Part shown: positions 1 to 10,174 of the stretch, piece by piece
How positions within the stretch are numbered: position 1 is the first letter of the stretch
How the letters are laid out: each line of letters opens with the position of its first letter
Source: an uncultured Nitrospinota bacterium
GTDB lineage: Bacteria > Tectomicrobia > Entotheonellia > J063 > CAVPRW01
Assembly: GCA_963707985.1 (NCBI GenBank)
Contig: CAVPRW010000041.1
Span: 48,657-112,656, forward strand
Direction of reading: 5' to 3'
Length of the DNA: 64,000 nt
The notes under the pieces: generated by a model
Seen by the model: the letters and a program-made list of their open reading frames with translations, nothing else
Database searches by the model: none
Told to the model about the DNA's origin: nothing
Position numbers and translations under genes: made by a program

Positions 1-667
<667 letters not shown>

Positions 668-690
668 AGACGTAACCGTGGTCGTCTCCT

Positions 691-2379
691 TTATGCCAAA
701 ACCATTTCACGCAGCGCAGCACCGGCGGGGACCATCGGATAGACCTTTTCCTCGGAGTCCACCACGACTTCGGTGACCACAGGGCCAGGCGTTGCGAACG
801 CCTGCTGTAACGTCGGGATAACTTCATGCGGCTTGGTAGCCCTGAAGCCCTTAGCGCCGTATGCCTCAGCTAATTTGACGTAGTCCGGAATATTGCCTAA
901 ATAACTGTGTGAGTAGCGTTTGTTGTAAAACAACTCCTGCCACTGTTTGACCATACCGAGGTAGTAATTGTTCAAGATGACGATCTTGATCGGGAGTTGA
1001 TATTGTACCGCGGTCGCCATCTCGTGCGAGGTCATTTGGAAGCTGCCATCGCCATCGATGCCGATAACCATCCGGTGGGGAAAGGCCACCTGGGCGCCGA
1101 TAGCCGCCGGCAAACAGTATCCCATCGTGCCCAGACCTCCGGAAGTAAGCCAACTCCGCGGCTGCGTGAAGCGGTAGAATTGCGCCGCCCACATCTGGTG
1201 TTGTCCGACACCTGTAGCAATGATGGCGTCCTTCGGCGCTAGTTGGCTAATCGCTTCGATGACATATTGTCCTTTGACGACCTCGTCCCCTTGGTCGTAT
1301 TTCAAGGGATGGGCGTTCGCCCAGTCAGCGATGGTTGCTAACCATGCGGCATGGTCGGTGACCCAATCTTTTTTCACGGTGCGCAGAGACTCGATGAGCG
1401 ACCGCAGAACGGTCTTCACGTCACCGACAATGGGAATGTCCGTGCGGACGTTCTTGCCGATATTCGATGGATCGATGTCGATGTGAATGATCGTGTCGGC
1501 GTTTTCAGCAAAGGCATCAAGGCGGCCGGTGACCCGATCATCGAATCGCGCGCCGAGGGCAAAGATCAGGTCTGCTTCACACATGGCCATATTAGCCCAG
1601 TATGTGCCATGCATTCCCAACATGCCCATCGACAGTGGGTGGGTTTCCGGAAACGACCCCAAGCCCAGGAGCGTAGTCGTGACCGGGGTGTGCAGCAGCT
1701 CTGCAAGCTCGCGGAGCTCGGGGGCGGCATTTGAGCTTACGGTTCCGCCGCCCACGTACAGAACCGGCTGTTTAGCAGTGGCCAAGGCCTTCGTGGCGCG
1801 CCGAATTTGACCGCTGTGCCCGGTATACGTCGGTGCATATCCCCGTAAGTTCACCTCCTGAGGATACGTAAATTCGGTCTCCCACTGACTCACATCCTTC
1901 GGAATGTCGACCAGCACTGGGCCCGGCTTGCCCGTTTGGGCAATATAGAACGCCTCCTTAATGGTGCGGGCGAGATCCTCTACGCGGCGAACTACATAGC
2001 TATGCTTGACGCACGGCATCGTAATCCCGAAAATATCCGCTTCTTGAAAGGCATCGTTGCCTATAGCCGTGGTCGGGACCTGGCCAGTGAACACCACGAT
2101 CGGAATGGCGTCCATATTGGCAGTAACGAGGCCAGTGACGCAATTGGTTGCACCAGGACCCGAGGTGGCCAGGCATACACCCGGTCGACCCGAGGCCCGG
2201 GCATAGCCATCGGCAGCGTGGACAGCACCCTGCTCGTGGCGCATCAGTATGTGGCGGATGGGAGCATCCATCAAAACGTCATAGATCTTCAACACCACGC
2301 CACCTGGGTGGCCGAAAATAGCGTCCACCCCTTCTTGCTGCAGGCTTTCGACGAAGATCTCTGCACCGCATTTCTTCAC
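691..2379 (-). CDS. ilvB: Acetolactate synthase large subunit, biosynthetic type
   Basis: RHEQGAVHAADGYAR, TSGPGATN, GDGSFQM TPP motif, VGQHQMW. Confidence 0.97.
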   Translation of the reverse strand: MKKCGAEIFVESLQQEGVDAIFGHPGGVVLKIYDVLMDAPIRHILMRHEQGAVHAADGYARASGRPGVCLATSGPGATNCVTGLVTANMDAIPIVVFTGQVPTTAIGNDAFQEADIFGITMPCVKHSYVVRRVEDLARTIKEAFYIAQTGKPGPVLVDIPKDVSQWETEFTYPQEVNLRGYAPTYTGHSGQIRRATKALATAKQPVLYVGGGTVSSNAAPELRELAELLHTPVTTTLLGLGSFPETHPLSMGMLGMHGTYWANMAMCEADLIFALGARFDDRVTGRLDAFAENADTIIHIDIDPSNIGKNVRTDIPIVGDVKTVLRSLIESLRTVKKDWVTDHAAWLATIADWANAHPLKYDQGDEVVKGQYVIEAISQLAPKDAIIATGVGQHQMWAAQFYRFTQPRSWLTSGGLGTMGYCLPAAIGAQVAFPHRMVIGIDGDGSFQMTSHEMATAVQYQLPIKIVILNNYYLGMVKQWQELFYNKRYSHSYLGNIPDYVKLAEAYGAKGFRATKPHEVIPTLQQAFATPGPVVTEVVVDSEEKVYPMVPAGAALREMVLA

Positions 2380-2571
2380 CGGAGGTTACCTCCTCGGACT
2401 CTTCATCACCGCGGCTCGTTGCGATTCGGCTGCGCTCACCAGAGGGGCCTGCACATGCTATGGCACCACCAAATGAGGATTTCGGTGAGAAGTCCAATAA
2501 CGGGTCGTGGGGGTACAACTCCCCTCACACATGACTGTTGATGCTAGGGTGGGCTGCGAGTAGTTCGGAAG

Positions 2572-2600
2572 ACCCTAGCAAACAGCCTTACTGAAGTCAA
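2572..2600 (-). promoter_or_regulatory. Putative sigma70 promoter for ilvBNC
   Basis: On the minus strand: TTGACT-17 nt-TAGGGT with an extended TG; about 190 nt upstream of the ilvB start. Confidence 0.45.
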
Positions 2601-2617
2601 CTGAAAAATGCATCCAT

Positions 2618-2851
2618 CTACTTGTTGAGACGGGCTTTATACTCCTTCAAAATCTCTGCCATACGATCCTTACCCCGCAGCTTGATTTTCTGCACCTGCT
2701 TTTTTTCAATCTCCTGCTCGCTGGTCAAAAACCGAAGATTGTTGAGCTCTTCCAGCTGACGCTCGTATCGCAGGTGCTCCACCATCAGCTGTCGGAACTC
2801 GGGGTTCGTCTCCTTGATGTGCTCGATGAGGGCGCTCTCTTCCGTCTCCAT
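2618..2851 (-). CDS. DUF465/YdcH-family small coiled-coil protein
   Basis: 77 aa; NPEFRQLMVEHLRYERQL...EIEKKQVQKIKLRGKDRM pattern; GGAGG RBS. Confidence 0.8.
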   Translation of the reverse strand: METEESALIEHIKETNPEFRQLMVEHLRYERQLEELNNLRFLTSEQEIEKKQVQKIKLRGKDRMAEILKEYKARLNK

Positions 2852-2875
2852 CAGCTGTTCACCTCCTCATAGGAA

Positions 2876-3577
2876 CTACTGCTCATGGGTATGCCGGCGG
2901 GACCAATTGATTTCAGCTTCCGAGGGTCGCACATAGCTAGGACTGAGCGTTGCCCTCGGCCCGCCGTGGCCGATAATCGCTTGATTGAACGCCAGCGCTG
3001 CCACCTCGACGCTGCACGGCATACTGAGCCAAGGCGGAGCGAAGATCGCCAAATTACCCAGATGTCTTTCCCACACACCCCGATAGACTTCGACTCCTGT
3101 CCCAAGTAATAGAGTCGGTTCAGAGATTCTAGCACAAAAAGCTTCAGGCGACATGACAAGGTTTGGGGTGATGCGGCAGGGGCCCGACGTATCGAGGTGA
3201 AAAAGGGCCCCAAACACCTCACCTTTGCGTGCATCCAGCAGGGCGCCGACCTGCACGGGGGCGGACCAAGCTTTCAGCGCCAGGGCTTCGAGGCTATCGA
3301 TACCGACTACATCACGCTGTAACGCATGGCCTAACCCCAGCAGCGTGGCGATACCGATGCGCAATCCGGTAAAAGAGCCCGGGCCATGACTGGCGGCAAA
3401 CAAATCGATTGATTCGAGTGGAACCGAGGTGAGGCGAAGCGCTTGATGAATGAGGGTCAGTAGACGGGGTGCGTGCGAGGCAGAGACATCAACTCGCAGG
3501 TCGCAGAGGACCCGACCGGCCTCCATAAGTGTAACCCCTCCAGCCAGCGTCGAGGTATCCACGGCCAAAATTCGCAT
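2876..3577 (-). CDS. tsaB: tRNA threonylcarbamoyladenosine biosynthesis protein TsaB
   Basis: ILAVDTST, GPGSFTGLRIG, LDARKGEV, PSYVRPSEAE motifs. Confidence 0.95.
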   Translation of the reverse strand: MRILAVDTSTLAGGVTLMEAGRVLCDLRVDVSASHAPRLLTLIHQALRLTSVPLESIDLFAASHGPGSFTGLRIGIATLLGLGHALQRDVVGIDSLEALALKAWSAPVQVGALLDARKGEVFGALFHLDTSGPCRITPNLVMSPEAFCARISEPTLLLGTGVEVYRGVWERHLGNLAIFAPPWLSMPCSVEVAALAFNQAIIGHGGPRATLSPSYVRPSEAEINWSRRHTHEQ

Positions 3578-3789
3578 GGGTGATCGAATCTATACCCTTG
3601 GGGCTACGAGAACAGCCCAGAGATACCCCGCCAATAGCGCATCGCCCGATTTACACGGTTTTCCCCACACTGCATCTGAGCCGGCTGGCACAGATGCACA
3701 CCGCAGGACTAACGCCTCTGCTTCACGTTAGTCTCCCGCGGTGTCTACATCTGACCGATGTCGCGATCGTGCCCGATCTCGCACAGAAT

Positions 3790-4137
3790 CTAGATGCCAA
3801 ACGGATTCACGATGAGTAGGATCAAGCAGACCACGAGGACGTAAATCACCAGGGACTCGATCAATGCCAAACCAATGATCATGGTGGTGGTAATCGGCCC
3901 CGAAGCTCCCGGATTCCGCGCGATCCCTTCCAAGGCGCTACGGATACCACGCGCCTGCGAGAAGGCACCTCCGATTGCAGCAATGGTCAGGCCAAAGGCG
4001 GCGCTGGCAGCTACGATTCCGAAATACCGCAACTCCGCCTCTGACTTCTTCGCTGCCTCAGCCGCCTGTGCTACAGAGCTCAGCACTACCAATGACACTA
4101 TCACAGCCAATCCAAGCCATGCCAGCTTCCTCCGCAT
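3790..4137 (-). CDS. atpE: ATP synthase Fo subunit c with N-terminal extension
   Basis: EGIARNPG loop and GLALIESLVIY ion-binding helix; ATG at 4137 preceded by GGAGG. Confidence 0.95.
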   Translation of the reverse strand: MRRKLAWLGLAVIVSLVVLSSVAQAAEAAKKSEAELRYFGIVAASAAFGLTIAAIGGAFSQARGIRSALEGIARNPGASGPITTTMIIGLALIESLVIYVLVVCLILLIVNPFGI

Positions 4138-4191
4138 CCAAATACCTCCCTTTCCCGCGCTCAAGCGGACGCCACCTCAGCGTCTATCAGG

Positions 4192-4854
4192 TTAATGATG
4201 CTCCTCCTCTGCACCGGCGATGTAGATCATCGACAGCAGCATGAACACAAATCCCTGTATGAGGCTTACAAATATCCCCAAGAACACGATCGGTAGCGGG
4301 GCGATGATTGGCACCAAAAGCGTGATGATGATCAATACGATCTCGTGTCCCTGCATGTTGGCAAACAACCGCAGTGCAAGGGTAAACGGGCGAATGATGT
4401 GGCTGATTAACTCAATGGGAAACATGAGTGGCGCCAACCACCACAGTGGGCCAGTAAACTGCTTGATATAGGCCGCACCATGGCGTCGAAAGCCGATGTA
4501 TTGATAGTACAGGAAAACCGTGATGGCACAACCGGCCGTCATGTTCAAGTTAGCGGTTGGCGAGAACAGCCCCGGAACGATTCCAAGCAGGTTTGCCGTG
4601 ACGATCAACAGTACAAGCCCACCGATTATGGGCAAATGAGCTTTAGCGTGGTGCCCCATGACCCGCTCCATAAAGCTGAGTAGCCCTCCGATGACGAGTT
4701 CCGTCAGGGCCTGGCCCGTATTAGGCAGCAGTTGCATGCGCCGCGTGGTCAGATAGGCGATGGCGAGCAGGAGAATCATGGTGAGCCACATGTATGTAAC
4801 GTGCGGGTATGCCTCGAGTCCAGGGATGGTGAGATACAGAAGCGGTTCCTTCAT
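4192..4854 (-). CDS. atpB: ATP synthase Fo subunit a
   Basis: PTANLN, IELISHIIRPFTLALRLFANM, LIQGFVFMLLSMIYI. Confidence 0.96.
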   Translation of the reverse strand: MKEPLLYLTIPGLEAYPHVTYMWLTMILLLAIAYLTTRRMQLLPNTGQALTELVIGGLLSFMERVMGHHAKAHLPIIGGLVLLIVTANLLGIVPGLFSPTANLNMTAGCAITVFLYYQYIGFRRHGAAYIKQFTGPLWWLAPLMFPIELISHIIRPFTLALRLFANMQGHEIVLIIITLLVPIIAPLPIVFLGIFVSLIQGFVFMLLSMIYIAGAEEEHH

Positions 4855-4866
4855 GGCAGACTCCGT

Positions 4867-5259
4867 TTATCGTTGGGGCTCTCCAAGCGGCTTCGAACGT
4901 TGCAGCCCAGCCAAGCAGATGGCCACAAAGATCACCGATAACCCGCCCAGAAACCCCAGCGGTTCAACGACTCCATATCTGAACAGCAGATACACCAACC
5001 CCGTGATGATAAAGTATTTAGCGAAATAGGCGCCAAACGCCAGTTTTTTGATTCGGCTATCAGGACGCTTGTGCGGGTCGATGACCGCCGTCAGAAACAT
5101 CACCAGACACTTGAAATGCAACATGCTAAATGCCCCCCCCAAGGCGCAGCTACTGGCGATGCGGGGGGCGCGGGCGATCAAAGCGCCGAGCATCAGCAAG
5201 CCGGTCATCGTCCAGCCGTACCATGCGACGCGCCGCAACAGTTGTGAGTCGCCATCCAC
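4867..5259 (-). CDS. atpI: ATP synthase protein I (4-TM)
   Basis: Four hydrophobic helices; lies immediately upstream of atpB. Confidence 0.8.
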   Translation of the reverse strand: MDGDSQLLRRVAWYGWTMTGLLMLGALIARAPRIASSCALGGAFSMLHFKCLVMFLTAVIDPHKRPDSRIKKLAFGAYFAKYFIITGLVYLLFRYGVVEPLGFLGGLSVIFVAICLAGLQRSKPLGEPQR

Positions 5260-5265
5260 AATATA

Positions 5266-5496
5266 CTATTCCTTCCGCTGCAAACGCATGATGCGAAAGA
5301 GATTCGTAAATCCAGCGGCCACGCCCAATACCAGAAAAATCAAGGTGAGCCACGGATTGGTGTTGAATGCCCGATCGAGAAAATAGCCGATCGCCAAGCC
5401 GGTGAATGTGCCGAGGACAAGATGTAACCCAACGCTGCCCAGCACCCCAAACTGGCGTAGGAGCTCATATTTGAGATTGGGCCCATCGGTCGCCAT
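5266..5496 (-). CDS. atpZ: AtpZ/AtpI (ATPase_gene1) family protein
   Basis: GLAIGYFLDRAFNTNPWLTLIFLVLGVAAGF signature. Confidence 0.88.
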   Translation of the reverse strand: MATDGPNLKYELLRQFGVLGSVGLHLVLGTFTGLAIGYFLDRAFNTNPWLTLIFLVLGVAAGFTNLFRIMRLQRKE

Positions 5497-5553
5497 ACCC
5501 CCTCCGGTAGGTTGATGAGCCGATCATCCACGCGACAATCGACTTTCAATGCA

Positions 5554-8196
5554 TTACTGCGGTGTCAGCGCCGGCGGGTTTTTTCCGACCATTCCCGACT
5601 CAGCCTGAGCCGTCATCTGCCGCGATACACTCTCCAGATAGGCGACCAGGGCCAGAGCCTCGGCGTCAGGCACCCCCAGATTCGGCATCAAGCTTGCTGA
5701 ATCAAAAGCCTGTGGATTCTTGATCCACTGTACCATCCAATCGGGGTTCAAACGTTTCCAGGCATCCGTCAAATCCGGTCCAACCGCGGCTCCACCGGTT
5801 TTTCCCTGGATCTGATGGCAGGTAAAGCAGGGGTACTTCTCCCAGTAAAGCTTCTCGCCCTGTGCCGCCAGCTCTGGGGTGATGGTTTGCGCCACCTGTG
5901 CGACTTTTGGCACCCGTTCGTCAAGAAACGTCATCATGATGTAATCACGTAGATTGGCCGCCGCTTGTGCCGTCAGGGGGAAGGTCGGCATCCGGGCTTG
6001 CATGAGGGGACGAATCTGGTGCGGTTGCTTGAGGAAGCTCAGTAACCAATCGCCACGCACTTTGCTCCCTTCATAGGCGAGGTTTGGGGCGATCGTTCCC
6101 CCTTGTCCGGCCAAATTATGGCAGCCCAAACAGTTATACTTGTCGAACAGTCCCATGCCGGCCACGCGCAGTGCCTGCGCGTCGGACGGCGTACTGACAA
6201 AGGAGGCCAGTAGCCGCTCATCGGTGAAACTCCGCAGCTGGACCAGCAGCGCCGAAGCATCGGCATCGGAGAAGGCAAAATCTGGCATCTGTTGGATGAT
6301 GCGGTCCGTGGCGTACATGCGGGCGTTTTTCATTTTCCCGTAGGTCCAGCCTTCCCACGACTCCTCGATTTGCTTGCCATCGTTATAGAGGTGAACCAGG
6401 CGATCGATCGGCGTAATGATGTGATCCTTCTTCTTCACCAGCGGGACATCGCCGAAGACCATCTCCCATGGACGCTTGTCGGCGTAGGTAGTCAGCTCGG
6501 CGCCGACTCGGGGTTGGGCCTCCATCCCATAGATATCATGGCACCCATAACATCCATAGCGTCCAATCAGCCGATTTCCGGCTTCGACGACCGTATTGTC
6601 CGCCAACTTCTGGGCGAATCCCGGCCGCTCGGTCTTCGCGCCCAGGGTCATCAGGTAGGCGGTGATATGGGCGGCTTGCTCATCGCTAAGGCGGAGGTTA
6701 GGCATCTTCGTGGAGGGCAGATACTCTTGGGGGTTTTTCACCCAGGCGAAGAGCCAGTCGGCGTTCACCTTGCTGCCCACCCGGCTCAAATCGGGTGCGA
6801 AGGCGTTACCAATGCCGTTGATCTGATGGCACCCCACGCAGCCGATCGTCTCGACCAGCTTCTTCCCGGCTTCGGCATCCCCGTTGCCTGGATATTTGGG
6901 ACCATTATATGGCGTTGAGGAGTTAAGCAGATAAGCTGCAGCCGCTTCCGCTTCCTCCCACGACAGGCGGAAATTAGGCATCTTGGTGGCAGACCAGTAG
7001 GCTTTCGGTTCCTTGATCCACTCGACAAGCCATGCGGGATCGACCTTGCTGGCCACTCGTCGCAGGTCAGGCGCAACTTTATCTTGCTGCTCATACCCTT
7101 GTGCCAGGTGGCAGCCAGGACACCCCATGGTTTGAAAGAGGTCCTGTCCATGCGCGGCGGTTGAAGCGAATTGTAGCGCAGGCAACTCCGGCTGATGACA
7201 TTTCCGACATTGGGATTGAATCCAGGTATTGGTGAGCAGCGGCTCAGCCAACCGAGGGGTCTGATCGAAAATATGCAGTTCGGCGTGTGCTGTGGGTACG
7301 GTAAGGGCCACTCCTTGTCCGGCATGGCAGATGGTACAGCCGAATTTCTCGACGGGGTGATGCGCCGACAAGACATCGCGATGCGGGTGCGTCGCATACG
7401 GCTGCTCTGTGCCCTCGAAGCCGGCACGATCAATGCCCATGTGGCACGTTTGGCAACGTTCTACTCGCATGAGCGGTTCGTTGAAGTTGGTGTAATTCAG
7501 TCCGGTGAGGACGATCTGATGGATCTCCGGCGGCTTGGCGACTCTGATGCCAGGTAGTACCGGCCGCATGATGTCATCCATGCGGTCGCGGATACGTTGA
7601 TAGTCCGACAGCCTGATGCGGCGCTCCTCTTCAAGCTCGTAGAGCGGGGCTTCAACCGCTTTGATTTCAGCCTGCAACGCGTCCACACGGGCTCTGAGCT
7701 CAGCGATCGGTACGTCAAGGGTGGCGATCTGCTGCTCAAGTTGGTCGACCCTGGTCTTATACCGAGCCGCGGTGCTCAAATCTCCCTCGTGCTCGGTTGT
7801 TTTATATTGGTAATACTCGGCGTCCAAGCGGCTTTTAGCGAATTGTTGCTCCTGCAAGAGATCGGCCAGACGGTTTTTAACCTGCTCCAGCTCCTGGCGC
7901 GCCTTACGGTCCTGCGCATTACTTTCCAGCGCAGCTCGGGCTTGCTGAATCTTGGTCGCAAGCTCCCCCTGAGTCGGCAGCAAGACTTCTTCCTTGGCCT
8001 GCAGATCAGCATGCAATTGGTCGTATTCCAGCTCATAGAAAGTGGTCTGATAATGTTTCCATGGCCGGCGCACAATGGTCTCGTCCACCACGGTGTACAA
8101 GGCGGCAACCACGAGAATGATGCTCAGCACAAAGAAAGTTCGGCTCAGCGAGCGTTCCTCATCCGGTCGATAATCTTGAGCCATGGAATATCGCAT
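5554..8196 (-). CDS. Membrane-anchored octaheme c-type cytochrome (cytochrome c subunit of a b6/bc-type complex)
   Basis: One N-terminal TM helix, a long coiled coil, and 8 CxxCH motifs (CQTCH, CTICH, CRKCH, CPGCH, CVGCH, CYGCH, CLGCH, CFTCH); downstream of cytochrome b/subunit IV. Confidence 0.93.
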   Translation of the reverse strand: MRYSMAQDYRPDEERSLSRTFFVLSIILVVAALYTVVDETIVRRPWKHYQTTFYELEYDQLHADLQAKEEVLLPTQGELATKIQQARAALESNAQDRKARQELEQVKNRLADLLQEQQFAKSRLDAEYYQYKTTEHEGDLSTAARYKTRVDQLEQQIATLDVPIAELRARVDALQAEIKAVEAPLYELEEERRIRLSDYQRIRDRMDDIMRPVLPGIRVAKPPEIHQIVLTGLNYTNFNEPLMRVERCQTCHMGIDRAGFEGTEQPYATHPHRDVLSAHHPVEKFGCTICHAGQGVALTVPTAHAELHIFDQTPRLAEPLLTNTWIQSQCRKCHQPELPALQFASTAAHGQDLFQTMGCPGCHLAQGYEQQDKVAPDLRRVASKVDPAWLVEWIKEPKAYWSATKMPNFRLSWEEAEAAAAYLLNSSTPYNGPKYPGNGDAEAGKKLVETIGCVGCHQINGIGNAFAPDLSRVGSKVNADWLFAWVKNPQEYLPSTKMPNLRLSDEQAAHITAYLMTLGAKTERPGFAQKLADNTVVEAGNRLIGRYGCYGCHDIYGMEAQPRVGAELTTYADKRPWEMVFGDVPLVKKKDHIITPIDRLVHLYNDGKQIEESWEGWTYGKMKNARMYATDRIIQQMPDFAFSDADASALLVQLRSFTDERLLASFVSTPSDAQALRVAGMGLFDKYNCLGCHNLAGQGGTIAPNLAYEGSKVRGDWLLSFLKQPHQIRPLMQARMPTFPLTAQAAANLRDYIMMTFLDERVPKVAQVAQTITPELAAQGEKLYWEKYPCFTCHQIQGKTGGAAVGPDLTDAWKRLNPDWMVQWIKNPQAFDSASLMPNLGVPDAEALALVAYLESVSRQMTAQAESGMVGKNPPALTPQ

Positions 8197-8221
8197 TCCC
8201 TATGATGCTAGGTCAGCGCCG

Positions 8222-9032
8222 TTAGAGGTTAAACCAGGGAGTGACCCAGACGTATTTGATGTTGAAAGCGAGCCGTAAGATCATCTTCAACGGTAGCAGC
8301 ATCATCGTAAGAAATAACACCGCTTTCACCCCGAAGCGCACCCACCCTTCCGCAGCGATTTTACTCTTACGCGCAAGATAGAACAGACCAGCACCGACCA
8401 GGTAGTACCCACCTACAAACAAGGCCCCGAAAATGAAGGCTCCCAGTGCGGAGCGGATGCCGAAGATGGCATGCAAATCGACGTTCGTAAGCGCCGCAAC
8501 TTTATGTGGATCCCATTCATGCCACGGCCAGAATAAGTTCCATCCGGGGCCACGGAAGAACACCCCCAAAATGATAATGCCACCCAGAGCACGAGAAATC
8601 CGAACAGATAGACCAGGATGGCAAAGCGTCGCTCCCGGAAGGAGTAGTATCCGGTGCTGCGCGTGTTGACGTCGATGAAGGGAATGGCCATCAAACCCAC
8701 GATGATCAGCGTCGGCGACTACGACCCCCGCAAACCATGGGTCGAAGTAGACCAACGTCTCCTGCAAGCCCGAGGAAGTACCAGGGCGCTTTCGACGGAT
8801 TGGGGGTCTTCGTGGGGTTGGCCATCTCCTCAAGCGGGGCGTCGATAGCAAAGGACCAGACGGTCAGAAAGGCCATCAACGCAATGGCACACAGGAACTC
8901 GTTCCTGGTCAGGTAGGGCCAGGTGTAGATTTTATCATCCGCAGCTCTCACAGGCTTGGGCGGCGACTGAGGGGTCGCAGGGGCAGCACGCGGCGTGCCT
9001 CCCTCAGGCGTCGGCTGGGTCGCTTCTGCCAT
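8222..9032 (-). CDS. petD: Cytochrome b6/bc subunit IV-like (cytochrome b C-terminal) protein; three apparent single-base frameshifts
   Basis: Stitched reading TWPYL...DAPLEEMANPTKTPNPSKAPWYFLGL/QETLVYFDPWFAGVVV/PTLIIVGLMAIPFIDVN...LW/IILGVFFRGPGWN...YVWVTPWFNL; shifts near 8770, 8716 and 8578. Confidence 0.85.
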
Positions 9033-9196
9033 CGTGGCATCTCCTCACCGGCTGGTCTTCTCTCGAGATTCCCGCATCTGACGTCGCGTGACGCTGTCGA
9101 AGGGCATCGCTTCTCACCAGCCGTGACACGTCTCCACACGTCTCTTTCGCTCGTCTACAGGGCGCATGCACTTGCGTCAGCCCGTGTGGCTGTCGA

Positions 9197-10065
9197 CTAT
9201 AGCGGGCCAGAGATGCCCCCATCTTTGCGTACACGCCAAAAATGCACCATCATCAGAGCGCCAGCGAAGAGGGGCAAGAAGATGCAGTGCAGCACATAAA
9301 AGCGCAGCAAGCGTCGCCGAACCGACAATCCGCCCTCCGAGCAGGAAGGCACGCGCGTCATAGCGTGGATCAACCCCAATCACCTCGGCAAACGGCCCCT
9401 CGTGCCCAAGCAGCGGCGTCGCCCGTGCCATGTTCGTCCCCACGGTCACGGCCCACATGGCAAGCTGATCCCAGGGTAGGAGATATCCCGTGAAGCTCAG
9501 CAGGAGGGTTAATGTCAGCAAGAGTACCCCGATCACCCAATTGAACTCGCGCGGCGGTTTGTAGGAGCCGGTGAGAAACACGCGCAACATGTGGAGCCAC
9601 ACTGCGATCACCATCGCATGGGCGGCCCAACGATGCATATTGCGCACGAACATGCCGAATGGCACGTCGAATTCCAGGTATTTCATATCTAGATAGGCAT
9701 ACTCACCGACTGGACGGTAGTAGAACATTAGTATCACACCGGTGAAGGTGAGGACGAGGAAAGAGTAGGAAGGAAATACCCCCCATACACCAGGTGAAGC
9801 GGATGCGCACCCCATGTCGTGGGAGTTTAGCTGGATGGAGATGGAACCAGATATTACCTAACACCATGAGTAGACGATTACGCGGGGTGTCGTCGTAGTC
9901 GTGCCTGAAGATCGATTTCCATAGGGGAGAACGCACCACCGCTCGCGACATCTCATCGGACAGCTTGGCGACGCGTTCTTTCAAGCTCGGTGGCTGTCCG
10001 TTACTGTCACCTCCCGAGCCTCGAGGTGATGGCGTTTGTGTGCCTCGTTGCCCACTCGTCCCCAC
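9197..10065 (-). CDS. petB: Cytochrome b6-type (cytochrome b N-terminal) subunit; two apparent single-base frameshifts
   Basis: [10 protein letters not shown] (heme ci Cys), [36 protein letters not shown]...[16 protein letters not shown]; shifts near 9760 and 9311. Confidence 0.92.
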
Positions 10066-10174
10066 TATCTCACCCCCTCAACATCGAACCGTTCTGTGGT
10101 AGGTCTCTGCGTCTCCCTGATCGCGTTCATACCGAGATGCGGCGTTAGGACTATGTCCCGTTGCTGATCTCAGG

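Noticed and set aside
2535..2586. TGCTAGGGT...ACCCTAGCA inverted repeat upstream of ilvB as an attenuator or T-box
   Set aside because: No U-tract, T-box motif or Ile/Leu/Val-rich leader peptide was found, and one arm coincides with the predicted -10 element.
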